Positions 50,190-62,859 of a stretch of 64,000 bases of DNA are shown piece after piece. The stretch is from Octopus vulgaris (lineage: Eukaryota). Below the pieces are notes generated by a model. It saw nothing but the letters and a program-made list of their open reading frames with translations. It made no database searches and had not been told where the DNA came from. The DNA lies in the NCBI GenBank assembly GCA_951406725.2, contig OX597827.1, forward strand, positions 79,670,001 through 79,734,000, written 5' to 3'. Position 1 is the first letter of the stretch; each line of letters opens with the position of its first letter. Both the position numbers and the translations under genes were made by a program.

Positions 50190-51882
50190 TGTGTGGCATG
50201 TAGACCTTTACAAGTCTGAAGCTCTCCACCAACTTCAAAACTCCTCTTCCTATTGCCGTCTCTCCTCCAACCCCACACCTAACTGCCAACAGACTCTATC
50301 TTCCTCTATTCATGACCTCATTTCCTCCAACCTCGTCGTCCACACTCCATCCACCCCCACTGTTTACTTCTCAATATTCACAAGCCCAAACAACCCTGGC
50401 TACCCTATCCCCGCCAGAAATGATCACCAAATACTTCAACCATGTTCTTGCACCCCTAGTGGCTTCCCTTCCCTCCCACATATATGACACTAACCATGCT
50501 CTCCATCTCTTTAACTCTTTCTCCTTCCCTTTTGGCCCCTCTAAATTTCTGTTCACTCTTGATATCATGAGTTTATATATAGTAATGCCACGCAATGAAG
50601 GACTTCTTGTGCTGAAACACTTTCTCGACCTTCGACCTGACCCCCAACCTGATACCTCTACACTTTGTCTGGCCAAACTTGTTCTCTTCCTCAACTGCTT
50701 CTCGTTCACAGGGGATTTTTACCAACAGGTCTCAGGAGTGGCCATGGGAACGAGAATGGGCCTTACCTATGTGAACCTGTTCATTGGCTATGTTGAGGCC
50801 CAAATATTCTCTCAGTTCACTGGTCCCACTCCAGAACTATACGGTTGTTATATTGATGACTGTATTGGCACGACCTCACTCCCCTATGAACAACTAGACT
50901 CCATCCTCTCTTTTGTCCAATCCTTCCATCCTACCCTCAAACTCTCCTGCACTTCTGTCAAATTTCTTGACATTTCTGTCAGAATACACCACTCCACTTT
51001 CACTACCTCCATCCACCACAAACACACTGACTCACACTCTTACCTTAACTTCTCGTCCTCCCACCCTCCCCACATCAAGCTCTCCATCTCCTATTCCCAA
51101 TTCTTCCATCTGCGCAAGCTCTGCAGTGACAACCATGACTTTGGGACTCAGCTTCAACTCATGTCTTGCCACTTCATCCTATGTGGATAACTCCTCACCA
51201 CTATCCATACTACCCTTGCCAGGGCACAATCTGTAAACTGTGCCTCTGCTCTTTCTCCTTGCACCTGTCCCACTGTTGCCTGTCTCCCATTTTTCCTCAG
51301 CTACCACCCCTCCACCCTGCCCCGCCAATGCATCATTCCCTGAGCCTTCTGGCAACTCCAGTCCAACCCCTTCACCTCTTGCATCTTCCCCAACTTACCC
51401 CTTCCCTCCTTCAAATGAGTCCTTAACCTGCGTGACCTACTGGTCCACAGTTTCTTCCTTAACTCCACCTCACAGTCTAGTTTGTTCCTCTGCTCTTACC
51501 CATGCTGTTGCCTCTCCAACACCACCATCCTCACAGGAACCCATCATCATCCCTATCACATCACCAACTCCTTTACCTGCACTTCTAGAAATGTCATATA
51601 CTGGGTCTCCTGCTCTCTCTGTCATTTCCTGGACATCAGTCAATGGGATGCTGCTTGGCTGACCAGTTTGTGGAGCACCTCTAATACATCAGACTCAGCA
51701 ATGACACCCCAGTCCCATGCCATTTCTGCTCTACCAGTCATTTGCTACAACATATGTCTGTGTTTTGACTGTTTTTGTACAGGGGTCATCTGGACTCCCG
51801 CCTTCGCTGTGAACAGGAATTAATCTTCTCTCTTCACTCCTTTGTGTCACATGGGCTCAACTCACCTCCTCTTTTCATTTGA
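50190..51882 (+). mobile_element. Penelope-like element: degraded RT and GIY-YIG endonuclease
   Basis: FTLDIMSLY, YQQVSGVAMGTRMG, YIDD, FLDISV, KHTDSHSYLNFSSSHP, FTCTSRNVIYWVSCSLC. Confidence 0.9.
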
Positions 51883-52537
51883 TACCAACCCCACACCACT
51901 CCACACACACTAGCACTGATCACTTCCCAGCACCCACACCACACACCATCATCCAAACACTCTCACACAATCTTCAATAGCGTCACCACACAGACATATG
52001 AGCAGCCACACTGTTCAACTCAGTACACACACCATCATGTACAATTCCACACCCACACAAACACATAATACCTGGACACAAACAATATATACTTCCACAC
52101 CCCATAAGCACATAAGACTTGAACACAGGCTATACACAACACTCACACGCAACATGCATAGACAAAAATAACTTTCACCCACTTGTATATACACCATACA
52201 CATGCACACTGTTTGGTCACAGATGCACACACACACCATGTGAAAAAACATGCATCAACTGCTTCACACACACACACACACACACACACGTTACTCACAC
52301 ATGTCATAGTCTCTCACCCCAATTCACACACACCATTCTCACATACACACACTTGCATGCACACCTTCTCTTGTTGGGATCACTAGCACTTTATTATCTC
52401 CCTTTCATTCAACCTCTTTTTTATTATTATTATCTCCCTTCTTTCAACCATTTTTTTCCCCCCACCAATCACTCGCCATGTTAGACTGCTGAAATCTACA
52501 ACTTTTTTTCATTCTCTCTGTTTACTTTCTCTTATTC

Positions 52538-52662
52538 CTTTCTGCTGAAGAGCGTAGGCATGAAATGTAAAAGACTTTCTCATTTTCCCAAGCATTAAAC
52601 TAATACACTTGCTTGTTGTTCATACACCTGTCTTCGTCTTTTGTTTTTCCATAAATTTCAAC
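52538..52662 (+). mobile_element. Penelope pLTR-like terminus with a degenerate hammerhead
   Basis: tttctg-CTGAAGA-gcgtaggcat-GAAA-tg-TA-aaag (core 52545-52569), ~660 bp downstream of the Penelope ORF in the same orientation. Confidence 0.6.
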
Positions 52663-52765
52663 GACATATATATATGTGTGTGTGTGTGTTTATATATATA
52701 TGTTTACACTACCTGTAATGATAGAAGGAGTCCGTTTCAATATCATTAGGAAATGAGGATTACAT

Positions 52766-52928
52766 TTATTGATTGATACAGTTATGGAGAGTTTCATTCA
52801 GGACTTTAAGTTTCTATGCCAACAACTCGATGATTGCTGCACAGCTGAGTGTCTGCAATGACCAGTGAATTGTTGATACAGAAACTTAAAGTCCTGAATG
52901 TAAATCTCCATACCTGTCTCAATCAATA
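52766..52928. repeat. Imperfect palindrome, ~160 bp
   Basis: attgattga..tatggaga..cattcaggactttaagtttct versus agaaacttaaagtcctgaatg..tctccata..tcaatcaat. Confidence 0.8.
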
Positions 52929-52938
52929 TACATGCATA

Positions 52939-52981
<43 letters not shown>

Positions 52982-53294
52982 GTAAAAGTAAAAACTACAG
53001 AGTTGTTTTAAAAGGTTAAAAAATATATTTGAGATATATATGTGTGTGTATATATATATGTATAGAAAATAGTAAAAAGTGAAAAAACTACAGAAAGCTT
53101 GTTTTAAAAGGTTAAAAAATATATATTTGAGTCATTATGTCAGAAGAATGTTATAAATTTTTTTCATACAATGTCATAGTTTTTGTATGAAAAAAATTTA
53201 TAACATTCTTCTGACATAATGACTCAAATATATATTTTTTAACCTTTTAAAACAAGCTTTCTGTAGTTTTTTCACTTTTTACTATTTTCTATAC

Positions 53295-53325
<31 letters not shown>

Positions 53326-53369
53326 TATATATGCATGTATATTGATTGAGACAGGTATGGAGATTTACA
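52899..53369. repeat. Near-perfect long palindrome (centre about 53177) with an extra partial duplication in the left arm
   Basis: 53041-53171 mirrors 53183-53310 almost exactly; outer ends tgtaaatctccatacctgtctcaatcaat / attgattgagacaggtatggagatttaca. Confidence 0.9.
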
Positions 53370-53640
53370 AAGGTTGCGATACAAGGATATGCATAAGAGA
53401 TATATGAAGAACTCCAGCACCTCTTCTGAAATCTAGGAGGTGAAGGCCCAGCACCAATCACTGAAGCTCATAATTCCAGCCATTGAGGAGACACAATGGA
53501 GAGACTACAAAAGAGCACATTAGGGGCCTCACTTCTCTGTTGCATCAAGTAGCTTTACCTGCAGCAGGTCATTGTTGCTGCAGATTAAGGAGTAGGCCTT
53601 TTAGCTCACATGCAAGCCGATTTAGGACAAGCAGCCAAAA
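53370..53640 (+). mobile_element. BovB-like RTE 3' fragment (same family as 41990-42240)
   Basis: Shared tcactgaagctcataattccagcca.tgaggagacacaa and cacttct.tgttg.atcaagta.ctt.acctgca. Confidence 0.75.
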
Positions 53641-53650
53641 AGGAATAAGA

Positions 53651-53685
<35 letters not shown>

Positions 53686-54090
53686 TAACAATCTATATAA
53701 TAATCTGCTTGTTCATTCACCCTTTATACTTTAGTTAGTTGTGGAGGTGGAGTGAAAGAGCGAGAGAGGGGAGGAGTATGTGTAGAAAAGAAAGAAGTGA
53801 GGAAGAAGTAGAGAAAGATGTATAAGGCCAAATGTGTCATGTGGCTAGTTAAAGGGTGTGGAGAAGAGCAAGAGAAAAAGATGGTGATAGAAAAGAGAGA
53901 GAGAGAAGTGTTAATGACATGCAGTAAGGTGGGGAGGGAAAGGTAAAGAGAAAGATGTATGTTTCAGATGGTGATGTTCTGGTGGTGAGATTAAAGAAAG
54001 GCAGATAGAGAGAGATGGACAAGGGAGGCAGCTACATTGAGAGAGAGAGAGAGAAGCAGATAGTGTTTTTATTGTCAGAGTAGAGATACA

Positions 54091-55023
54091 TTCATAAATG
54101 ACTTGCCCGACGACCTCACGCAACACACCCTTCTATTTGCCGACGATGTCAAACTGGTCGCTCCTCGCGGTGATATAGAGGATCTTCGTCGATGCCTCCA
54201 CCAAATTTGGAGGTGGTCTAACGAATGGGACCTGTGTCTGAACATGTCAAACTGCTGTCATCTGCCTGTTGGCTCTCCTCCTGAAACTCAACTTGATTTC
54301 GAGCCGGGTCGTTTGCTGCTGGAGAGGACCGATCAGGTAAAGGACCTGGGTATCTTGGTGGATTCCTCCTTTTTGCCTTCGGCCCAGTGCGTCCATGCTG
54401 CCAACAAAGCACGCGGAATTCTGTTCTTGATTCGACGGTCATTCGGAATGCTCACAGCAGCCATATTCCTACCACTCTATGTCACGCTGGTGAGACCCAT
54501 ATTGGAGTACGGGATTCAAGCCTCTTCTCCTTATCTCCTCAAAGACATACAGCATCTCGAAAGAGTCCAAAGCTGGCTACCCGCATGGTTCATGGTCTCA
54601 AAAATTTGTCTTATGAAGAAAGGCTGAGGACGCTCGACCTTTATTCTCTAGAAAAACGCCGCCGCCGTGGTGATCTCATTCTCGCTCACAACATCATAAG
54701 CGGAAAGTGTAACCTCTTGAAAGAGCTGTTCTTCACTCCTGCTCCAGAGCGTCGGCTGCAGGGTCATTCCGAAAAGCTCTACCTGCGACGATTTCATCTC
54801 AATCGAAGGAGAGGAGCTTTCTCCGTCCGGGTTGCGGATCCATGGAACAAGCTGCCAGACGAGATGGTGAAGATGCCAACGACCGCTTTGTTCAAAGTCT
54901 CCCTGGACCTCAAGTGGCCTGAACTCTTTACATGAACACCACCCTGTACTTAACTCCATGTCCCCCTACATGGCCTTGCTATTTGCTTTTGAGCCAAATT
55001 AACTAACTAACTAACTAACTAAC
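54091..55023 (+). mobile_element. 5'-truncated CR1-like LINE, same young family as 9346-10052
   Basis: FINDLPDDL..LLFADDVKL, VKDLGILVD; one frameshift near 54570; (AACT)n tail; possible TSD acatt (54088-54092 and 55022-55026). Confidence 0.94.
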
Positions 55024-56164
55024 ATTGACAGCAAGAAAAATTAAATATACAGCTGAACTGAAATGAAATGAAATGAAATGAGCTTTGTTACTGAAAACTA
55101 TAATGATGATGATGATGATGGTAGTGGTTATGGTGTGTTGATGGTGAAAATAATTTATTTTTTCTATCGAATGAAATCTCACACTTTATGCTTTAGTTTG
55201 TTAGGGAGGAGGGGGAGGTGGCATGAAAGAGAGGAAGAAGGGATGTGAGAGTGAGTGAGGGAGTAGAAAACCAGGGGATGCATTGTGCTGGCACTCCTGT
55301 GGTTAGTGGAGAGGGAAAGAGGGGAGGGGAAGAGAGACATGTTAAAGACATGAAGAGGCAAATTCCATGGTTAAAGAGTTTGTTGAAGAGAAAGAGAGAA
55401 ATATAAAGTGCTTAGCTGAGGGAAATTTTAAGAGTCATATTATAATATATATTATTGTGACGAGAAGTGAAATAACTTAGCAAAATAAAAATGCAAATCA
55501 TCCTTTCTTTCTTAAATGGCTTGTCTTAATCCTTTTCGTTCTGTGGAATTTCTACGGGTCTCACTAGTTGTAAAGGAACCTTTTACTGATGCAGTAGTTT
55601 TTTTGATTTGTCTCTTATGTTCTTACTAGTTTTTACTTTTTAAATATTAAAATAAAAGAAACTTTTATAAGAAATTCCAACTTAAGAAGTTCCAACTTAT
55701 AAGATTAATAAAAGAAAAGTTGCTTAGTCAGAGTCAATTATTAAACTAATTGCAGAAAAAGCCATTGGACAAAATCTTTTTTATTTTCATCAATATATTA
55801 GTCACCTCTTACATTATATACTACAAAATGTTGCATTATGCTGGCGAGATATAGTGAAGAGCCACAGAGCTCTTTATGCAGGACACAGTTTTTAACTTCG
55901 ATCCCAGCTTTAACAAAGTAAATGATATTTAATTAATATTTATGCTTCATGTCTTTGAGAATATTTTAGTTATTTAATTTTGTGTTCATTCAATCTCATA
56001 TACCTTGTAGAAATAGATTCTGTGCAGATGCATTTATGTGGATGTATGTGTGTGTGTATATATATATATGTGTGTGTGTGTGTGCATGTGTATGAGGAAC
56101 AAAGAGAAGAAAAAAGAAAATATAAAAAAGAAAAAAAGATAAAATGTAAATACAAAAAAGAAAA

Positions 56165-56382
56165 TCTAGTCCTTGTGGCACCTAAAAAGCACTCAGCACA
56201 CACAGTCCCAGCACATGCTGTCCTAGCACACTCTACAAAGTGGTTGGCATTAGGATGGGCATCCAGCTGTAGACACCATGCCAAAACAGACAGTGTCTGG
56301 ACAGCTTCCCAGCTGGCCAGCCTCTGTCGAACCACCCAACCCATACCAGCATGGAAAACAAATGTTAAACAATGATGATGGT
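56165..56382 (+). mobile_element. Older RTE 3'-terminal fragment
   Basis: gtggcacctaaaaagcac...gtggttggcattaggatgggcatccagctgtag...gttaaacaatgatgatg. Confidence 0.75.
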
Positions 56383-56391
56383 GATATATAT

Positions 56392-56671
56392 ATCATCATC
56401 ATCATCATTTAATGTCCACTTTCCATGTTAACATGGGTTGGACGGTTCGACCAGGGTCTAGGAAGTCAGGAGGCTGCACCAGGCTCCAGCCTGATCTGGC
56501 AGTGTTTCTACAGCTGGATGCCCTTCCTAACACCAACCACTCCAAGAGTGTAGTGGGTGCTTTTTACATGCCACCAGCACAGGGGCTGGCAACGGCCATG
56601 ATCAGTTGGTGCTTTTTATATGCCACCGGCACAGATGCCAGTCAAGGCAGTGCTGGCATTAGTCACATTCG

Positions 56672-56672
<1 letters not shown>
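56392..56672 (-). mobile_element. RTE 3'UTR fragment, tail-to-tail with the previous copy
   Basis: tcatcatcatttaatgtccactttccatg...gggtgctttttacatgccacc. Confidence 0.85.
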
Positions 56673-56716
<44 letters not shown>

Positions 56717-57269
56717 TCTTTATGATCAATGTTTTAATGTTTACTTTTCCATGATAGCAGATAAGAGTAGGTCAGAGCAGTTTCCTACTGCTAGATGCCC
56801 TTCTTTTTGCTAAGCCTCCCACTAAATACCACACGTGTTTTCATTGAATGAGACAGTAATCTATTGACCAACAAACAGCCCAGACATGCTATGTGGTGAA
56901 ATGGAAATGAAAGACAACATAGAAATGTGCCTTCTGTCTACAATGGTTGCACAATATGTTAGAAGCTCAAAGGTTATCTTATGGCAGACAAGAAGCAACT
57001 GACAGTATTAACGAAACCATTGTTTATAATCAGTGAATATAAACACATGTAGATGAGAAGTATGTATGAACGTTTGTGTGTGTGTGCTTGTATATGTGTT
57101 TGTGCACATGTTTGTATGGGTATCTATATGTGTGTGCATATATGCATGTGTATACACATGCACACACACACACACACACAAACACTCAGGGATTGGGTTA
57201 AATCTGATGATTTCTATGTCTCCTGTTTTCAGGAGCAGTTTGATGTATTGATGAACAGTGAAAAGCATT

Positions 57270-58505
57270 AGAGAGCATAAAGATTGAAGTTGTAGTTGAG
57301 AAAAAGTTTGCTGACATGGAACGTTGGAAGCCATTTGAATATTGGGAAAGAGTTGCTTGTGTCATGATGGTTCAATTCAGGTGTCGAAATGCCAGCATCA
57401 TGACTGCTGCTCAATGTTCTGTGAACTTTTTAAAGATGGAAGACGTGACATAGACAGCTCAACAAAGACTACGAAGCTGTTGCCAGCAGTAAGGACACAA
57501 TAGGCACTCTGATTGTGCACACATGGTGGAATTCTTGCAACAACAGCAAGAACAGGTGATGGAAGATTTGAGCAAGGAAATCTGGGTTTTGGCAAGTGGG
57601 ATGGGTGTTGGAATTACCACCATGAAGCTGGTCTTGAATGAAAATCTTTGCAGTCACTTGTACAAGAGGTGTAAGGGACAAATTCTAACAGTCAAAGTCA
57701 AGGAGGACCCCTTGACAAAAGCAAAGAAACTCTTGAACAAGATGAGGCATCCTGTTGAGCTGCAGAGGATCTGGTTCTTTTCAGATGAAAAGAACTTCTG
57801 CTAGAACCAGTTGTACAACACCCAGAACAACAGGTGGCCTGTCTATAGTCCATATAATGTTCCACATATGAAAACTAAGTTCCTCCAAGCTGTGATGGAC
57901 TTTGGGTATGTCTCCAAGGAGGGTGCCATCATTCCACATCTTTGAACAAGGTCTTAGACTCAATTCAGGTGGTTATGTGAAGCTACTGGAGATTGGTCAA
58001 TCCCAGGCTAGAGAGGGTTGTTACTGGCGACTGTGGTCAATCTCTGGCTGGAGGGGTCTGCTGCTGAAAGGTCATATGTGTAGCAGTAGGAGTTGGCTCT
58101 TTGCCATACTTTCAGAAAGAGTCAGAAGTAGCTGTCAAGAGAATTTCTACAATTTCACCTGCTTCAGTTTCTGGTCTCTTAATTTATCCAATTCTAATCT
58201 CATTGATTACTATGTGTGGGCACGACTGACAAAAACACCCCCATTCAGTTTGCAATACCAAGGTCGAGCCGGTAGCCAAGATCAAGGAGGTGTTTGAAGA
58301 TCTTCCCAGGGATACAGTGAGGAATGTATGTGCCAGGTTTTGAAGTTGTTTTAAGGTCATGGGGGAAACTGAGGGAAGCTACTTTCAGTAAACTGTTATC
58401 TCTCAGCTATAATCTAGTTGATAGTTTGTAATTTTAAAAAATTCTTTTTATTTTTGGATGGGATCATGTTTTTATGCAAACTATCAAATTTAATCTGAAC
58501 ACCCA
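57270..58505 (+). mobile_element. Decayed Tc1/mariner-superfamily transposon (possibly maT/DD37D-like)
   Basis: KAKKLLNKMRHP..WFFSDEKNF, QNNRW, FW..N..NLIDYYVW; TIR-like end aatttaatctgaacaccc. Confidence 0.75.
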
Positions 58506-59629
58506 AGCCTATATTGATCATCTTTTTGTCACTCATTTCCCCATTCAATTCAGTTATCATGTCCTTTAATCACTCATACCCCTCCAGCTTTTCTTTTCCT
58601 ACCTGTTGTAAAGCTCACAAATTATGACAGGTATTTTCTCATATTTTTCACTTTACTTTCCCCATCCATCATTGTATGAGTAAATGTATTGGTCCATCTT
58701 CATAACTCTATTTGTACTCACCTTTGCTCCTCCGTCAATATCCACACATTCTTCGATTGTCACTGAACTATTTATATCTCTTGTCTGTCCATCAACATCA
58801 CTCTAACTCCCTACTCATTTCTGTCATCATTCATACCTCTTGTCTCACCACTTGTGATGCTTACTTGTTTGCCCACAGCACGTATCACTCCTTCTCTGCC
58901 TCTTTTCTCTTACCGTCTTCCCCTAATAGCTTATATGCCCCTGAAACACCTCAGCTCCTTAACTTTCCTCCATGACTTCCATATTTTTCTTTCATCCTCT
59001 GGACATCCTCCAACTTCACCTGTATTCTCTCTTTCATGTCCATCCCAACTTTTCATCTATACTTACCTTTGTAATTTTGGACGGCATGGACCTCTCTACA
59101 CACCCTTATCACTCTTTCAGCAATAACTTCTGGCTGCTCTGGCTCAATGTCTCCCTGTCTCCTTCACCTAAATACATTTGCTCCTCCTTCTATCACTGTG
59201 CACATTCCTTAAACCACCTGCAAACCAGAGATCATCTGTCTCACTTCTCCCTTTTCCATAGACTTCATCCTTCAGCAAATAACTCCTCATGGCTTTCACA
59301 CTCATCCCTCACCAATGATGCCAATACTGAAATTGCATCCTTTACTATACGCAACTTTTTGCACCTTTATGCTTTATATCCTGGAGTTCTGGAGTTAGGG
59401 ATGTTCCCCGGGTTGAGGGAGTCCTTTCGAATCTTCACCCATTCCGCTATGTATAGTTTACAATGCTTGCTTGGTCCCATTTATGTAGGAGCCTAGATTT
59501 TCTATGCATACATATATATATATATGCATTGTGTGTGTATATATATGTGTATCTCTTTGTGTTCTCATCATATGATGGTTGTGAGTGGCACTGCCATACA
59601 TGCAGTGTCATTTATAACCTGTCTTCCAT

Positions 59630-59790
59630 GATAATGTGTCTAGCCAAGGGGAAATATTACCTTATTTGGAAACAAGTGAAGTTAGGTGACAGAAAAGACA
59701 TATAGCCATACTAGATTCTGCTTCAACAAATTCTTTCACACCCATGCAAGTATGGAGAAATGGATGCTAAAATAGAAATGATGATCTGTA
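59630..59790 (+). mobile_element. Old RTE-tail-related fragment
   Basis: aggtgacagaaaagacatatagcc...cacccatgcaagtatggagaaatggatgctaaaa..atgatgat. Confidence 0.5.
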
Positions 59791-61639
59791 TGTATGTATG
59801 TATGGGTTCACTCATACACAGATGCACATAAATGTGAGAGTATGGATGTGTGTTTGTGTGAGATCTACTTGTATGTGAGCGTGCGAAATTTTCAAAATAT
59901 GTGAAATTCTTGTCCAATCTATACAAGCACAAGAGCTATCACTGATAAAAAAGAAAAATCAATAATCAGTATCTTGCTTGGGTGCCAACGTCACTTTGTA
60001 GTATATTTGGTTACTACGCATACACACTTGCACACAAATTCATAGATGCACTAAGTGATGAAAGCTGTTATTTGTTTTGACTTATTATAAACGTTTTTGA
60101 ACAAATTTTGCATGATTTGCAACATTAATATCATTGAGATTAATGCATTCAGTTGACTTCGAAGTTAAATGTGTTTATCAGCTAATTAATAACACTTTTA
60201 GATGTAAGATAGTCTTTGTTAGTGTTATTTTCAATAAATTTCCCTTTAGTTTGATAGTGTTTTGTTCTTAAAAAATAGGTAAATAAAATGAAAAACATGG
60301 TATAAATAATATTTTAATATTGGCTCCACTGACTGAGAAGTTAATTGTTGGGATATTTAATATTTTTATTAAAATGTTCAGGCAAAAGAATCTTCTGTGA
60401 ATGTTATGTAATTCTCTTATTGATATGTAAATTTAAACATATTCATAGCTGATGATGAAGGGATTAATTAACCAGACGGTTCATTTCACAACCTTGAAGC
60501 ACACACTAGAACTGAGGTTTCAAGTAACCATTGTTATGTGTCTCCCTATTTTTCTTCTTGTTTATATATTTTCCCTTTTTCTTTATATATATATACCTTC
60601 TTGTTTTTTCATAAATGTTAAATTTCATTTGTTGTTTCCAGTGTGATGTCACGATGTGCAAAAATCTTCTTTTTAAACTTTATGTTTTAACTGAAGCACC
60701 TCAATGGAATATCAGAAAGAGCCAGAATTCATTTAGCTCCAGGCTGAAATAGTCTATCAATAAGTTGTAAGCCGAACAGTTTCCGTGTCTTCTTTCAGGA
60801 GAGAAACAGAATTGTTTTTAGATTTTGTTTTTGTACTTCATTTCTATAAATATTTGAGAAATAGAAATTTAACAGAAAAAATAGCATTTAGAAGAAGTGT
60901 AATTTCCAAAGCTGAGGTTCATTTCATATAAAATGCATAGCATGTTCAAACAAGTTCTTCAAACATTCAATTCTATCCAGTTATTGAACAATGGTTTTTC
61001 AGTTTAAAATTGCTTTTGCATTTAGTGAAAATTATATTATTTTCTAATATCCATGTGAAGTTGTTTTTGCTGTGAAACTGGTGATATAGTTAAGTGGGAA
61101 CTGTTGAATTCTGCAAAAGATACAAATAAATACATTAAGATAAAATGTTTACCTTCTGTCCTATATACATCAATAAATAACAAACTTTCTTTATTAACTT
61201 ATATTATTATGGTACAAAATTTTACACATTTATACATTATCAATTGCAAAACCTTTTGCTTTATTTTATTAACTCCCTGATTCATGTGCTGGTAGGTGTT
61301 TTGCTGTAGAATAGAAAGATTGCTACCCCAGTTGAAAAAGGAGGGTGGAAGATGGAAGTGACGAAGTATTTAGGATGTACCTTTAAGGTACAAGAGGGAG
61401 AATGTAAGGTGGAGGGGAGAGGGGAATGAGTGATGTGAATAGGGTGACAGAGGATGAGATACTTTCACAAGAGTGTGAGGTGAATGACAGATGGTTAGAG
61501 ATTAAGAATGTAAGGGTGGAAGTAATACAATGACCTGCAAACAAGGGAGGGGATCATAGTCGATGGGAGAGAGGTGTGAAGAAAATGGGAGTGGGGCCAG
61601 GGAAAAGGAGGTGATGAGTGGCAGTATAAAAAGCACAAA

Positions 61640-62272
61640 TACAGAAATAAGAAACAATTTAGAGCAGCTTATGCATGGCATGAACAAGAGCAAAATATGA
61701 CAAAGTTTCAATAACCCACCTACTGGATCTAGCGAACATACGCATCTAAATATTAACAAAGGAGATGTAAACCACAGTGAAAATCTCCAATTATGGCCAA
61801 ATTATAATAGTAGAAATACTCATGATACAGCTAACATGGTAACGTCGGTAAATGGAGTCGGGGCTGCCTTATATACAAATAAATATGATCAATGCTCATG
61901 CAGAGAAAAATCAAAATGTCCATTGATGAATCTCTGTATGAGTACAAATCTTGTATATAAATGTACTATGCATACAAGGGGAGGGTCGTATGTTTACATT
62001 GGGCAGATGGCTGATACATTTAAGGATTGTTATCGTAACCATGTAACCAGCTTTAAGACAATGAATAAGAGATATTCAACATCTTTGGCTGATTTTGTAT
62101 GGCAACTGAAGGAGGATAAAATAAAGTACAGCATAACTTGGTCCATAGTAAGGTATGCAAAACCATACAACATAATTTCCAGGAGATGCCATCTCTGCTC
62201 TGAGGCTGAGGAATCCCTGTGGACTAATGAGAAGATCAGTAATAGAATTTCTGAAAGACTCTTGAAATGCCT
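61640..62272 (+). mobile_element. Penelope-like GIY-YIG endonuclease fragment (second clade)
   Basis: CSCREKSKCPL..C..NLVY...YVYIG..FK.CY.NH..SF...ITWSI...CHLC; truncated by (TC)n. Confidence 0.8.
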
Positions 62273-62859
62273 CTCCCTCTCTCTCTCTCTCTCTCTCTGC
62301 GCGTGCGCCCGCGAGTCCTTCCCTCCCTCCCTCCCTCCCTCCCTCCCTTCCTTCCTTCCTTCCTTCCACACATACAGGCTTGTCCTTTCAGGTGCTGGTT
62401 AAAAAAGCATTCATGCCGGTGCTGCATAAAGGTACCTATGTTGGCTAAATTAAGTCTTCTTCCAGTGCAGACAGCTGGTTGGTTGGTTGGTTGGTTGGTC
62501 CAGAACGAAACAACATGGAGGCAACAGCAGCGTTACAGTTCTTCACCAAATGCTGGTCTCTTACAAAGCATTGTATCCAAGATTGTTAATATATCCTCAA
62601 TAAATCTATTTCCATCTTATGATTGTGAAAGTAAAAAGTATGGAGGGAGCTAAGTGACTTGATATTTACTGTTTGTTCAAGGAGATTTGGAAGCTATCTC
62701 TATCTGGTCGAGTCACCACTCTTTTTCAATTTTTATGAACCAATATCAAGCAGTACAAAATGTTGCATTAAAATAATTCACTTACTTTTACAACTTTTTA
62801 TCTTACAAATGTTTAAAAGTTATTTCATCATTGATTTAGCTTAGTCAACCAAATATTCA

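Noticed and set aside
52728-52755. Minus-strand hammerhead-like CTAATGA..GAAAC
   Set aside because: Core mismatch, no stem II and no UH cleavage site.
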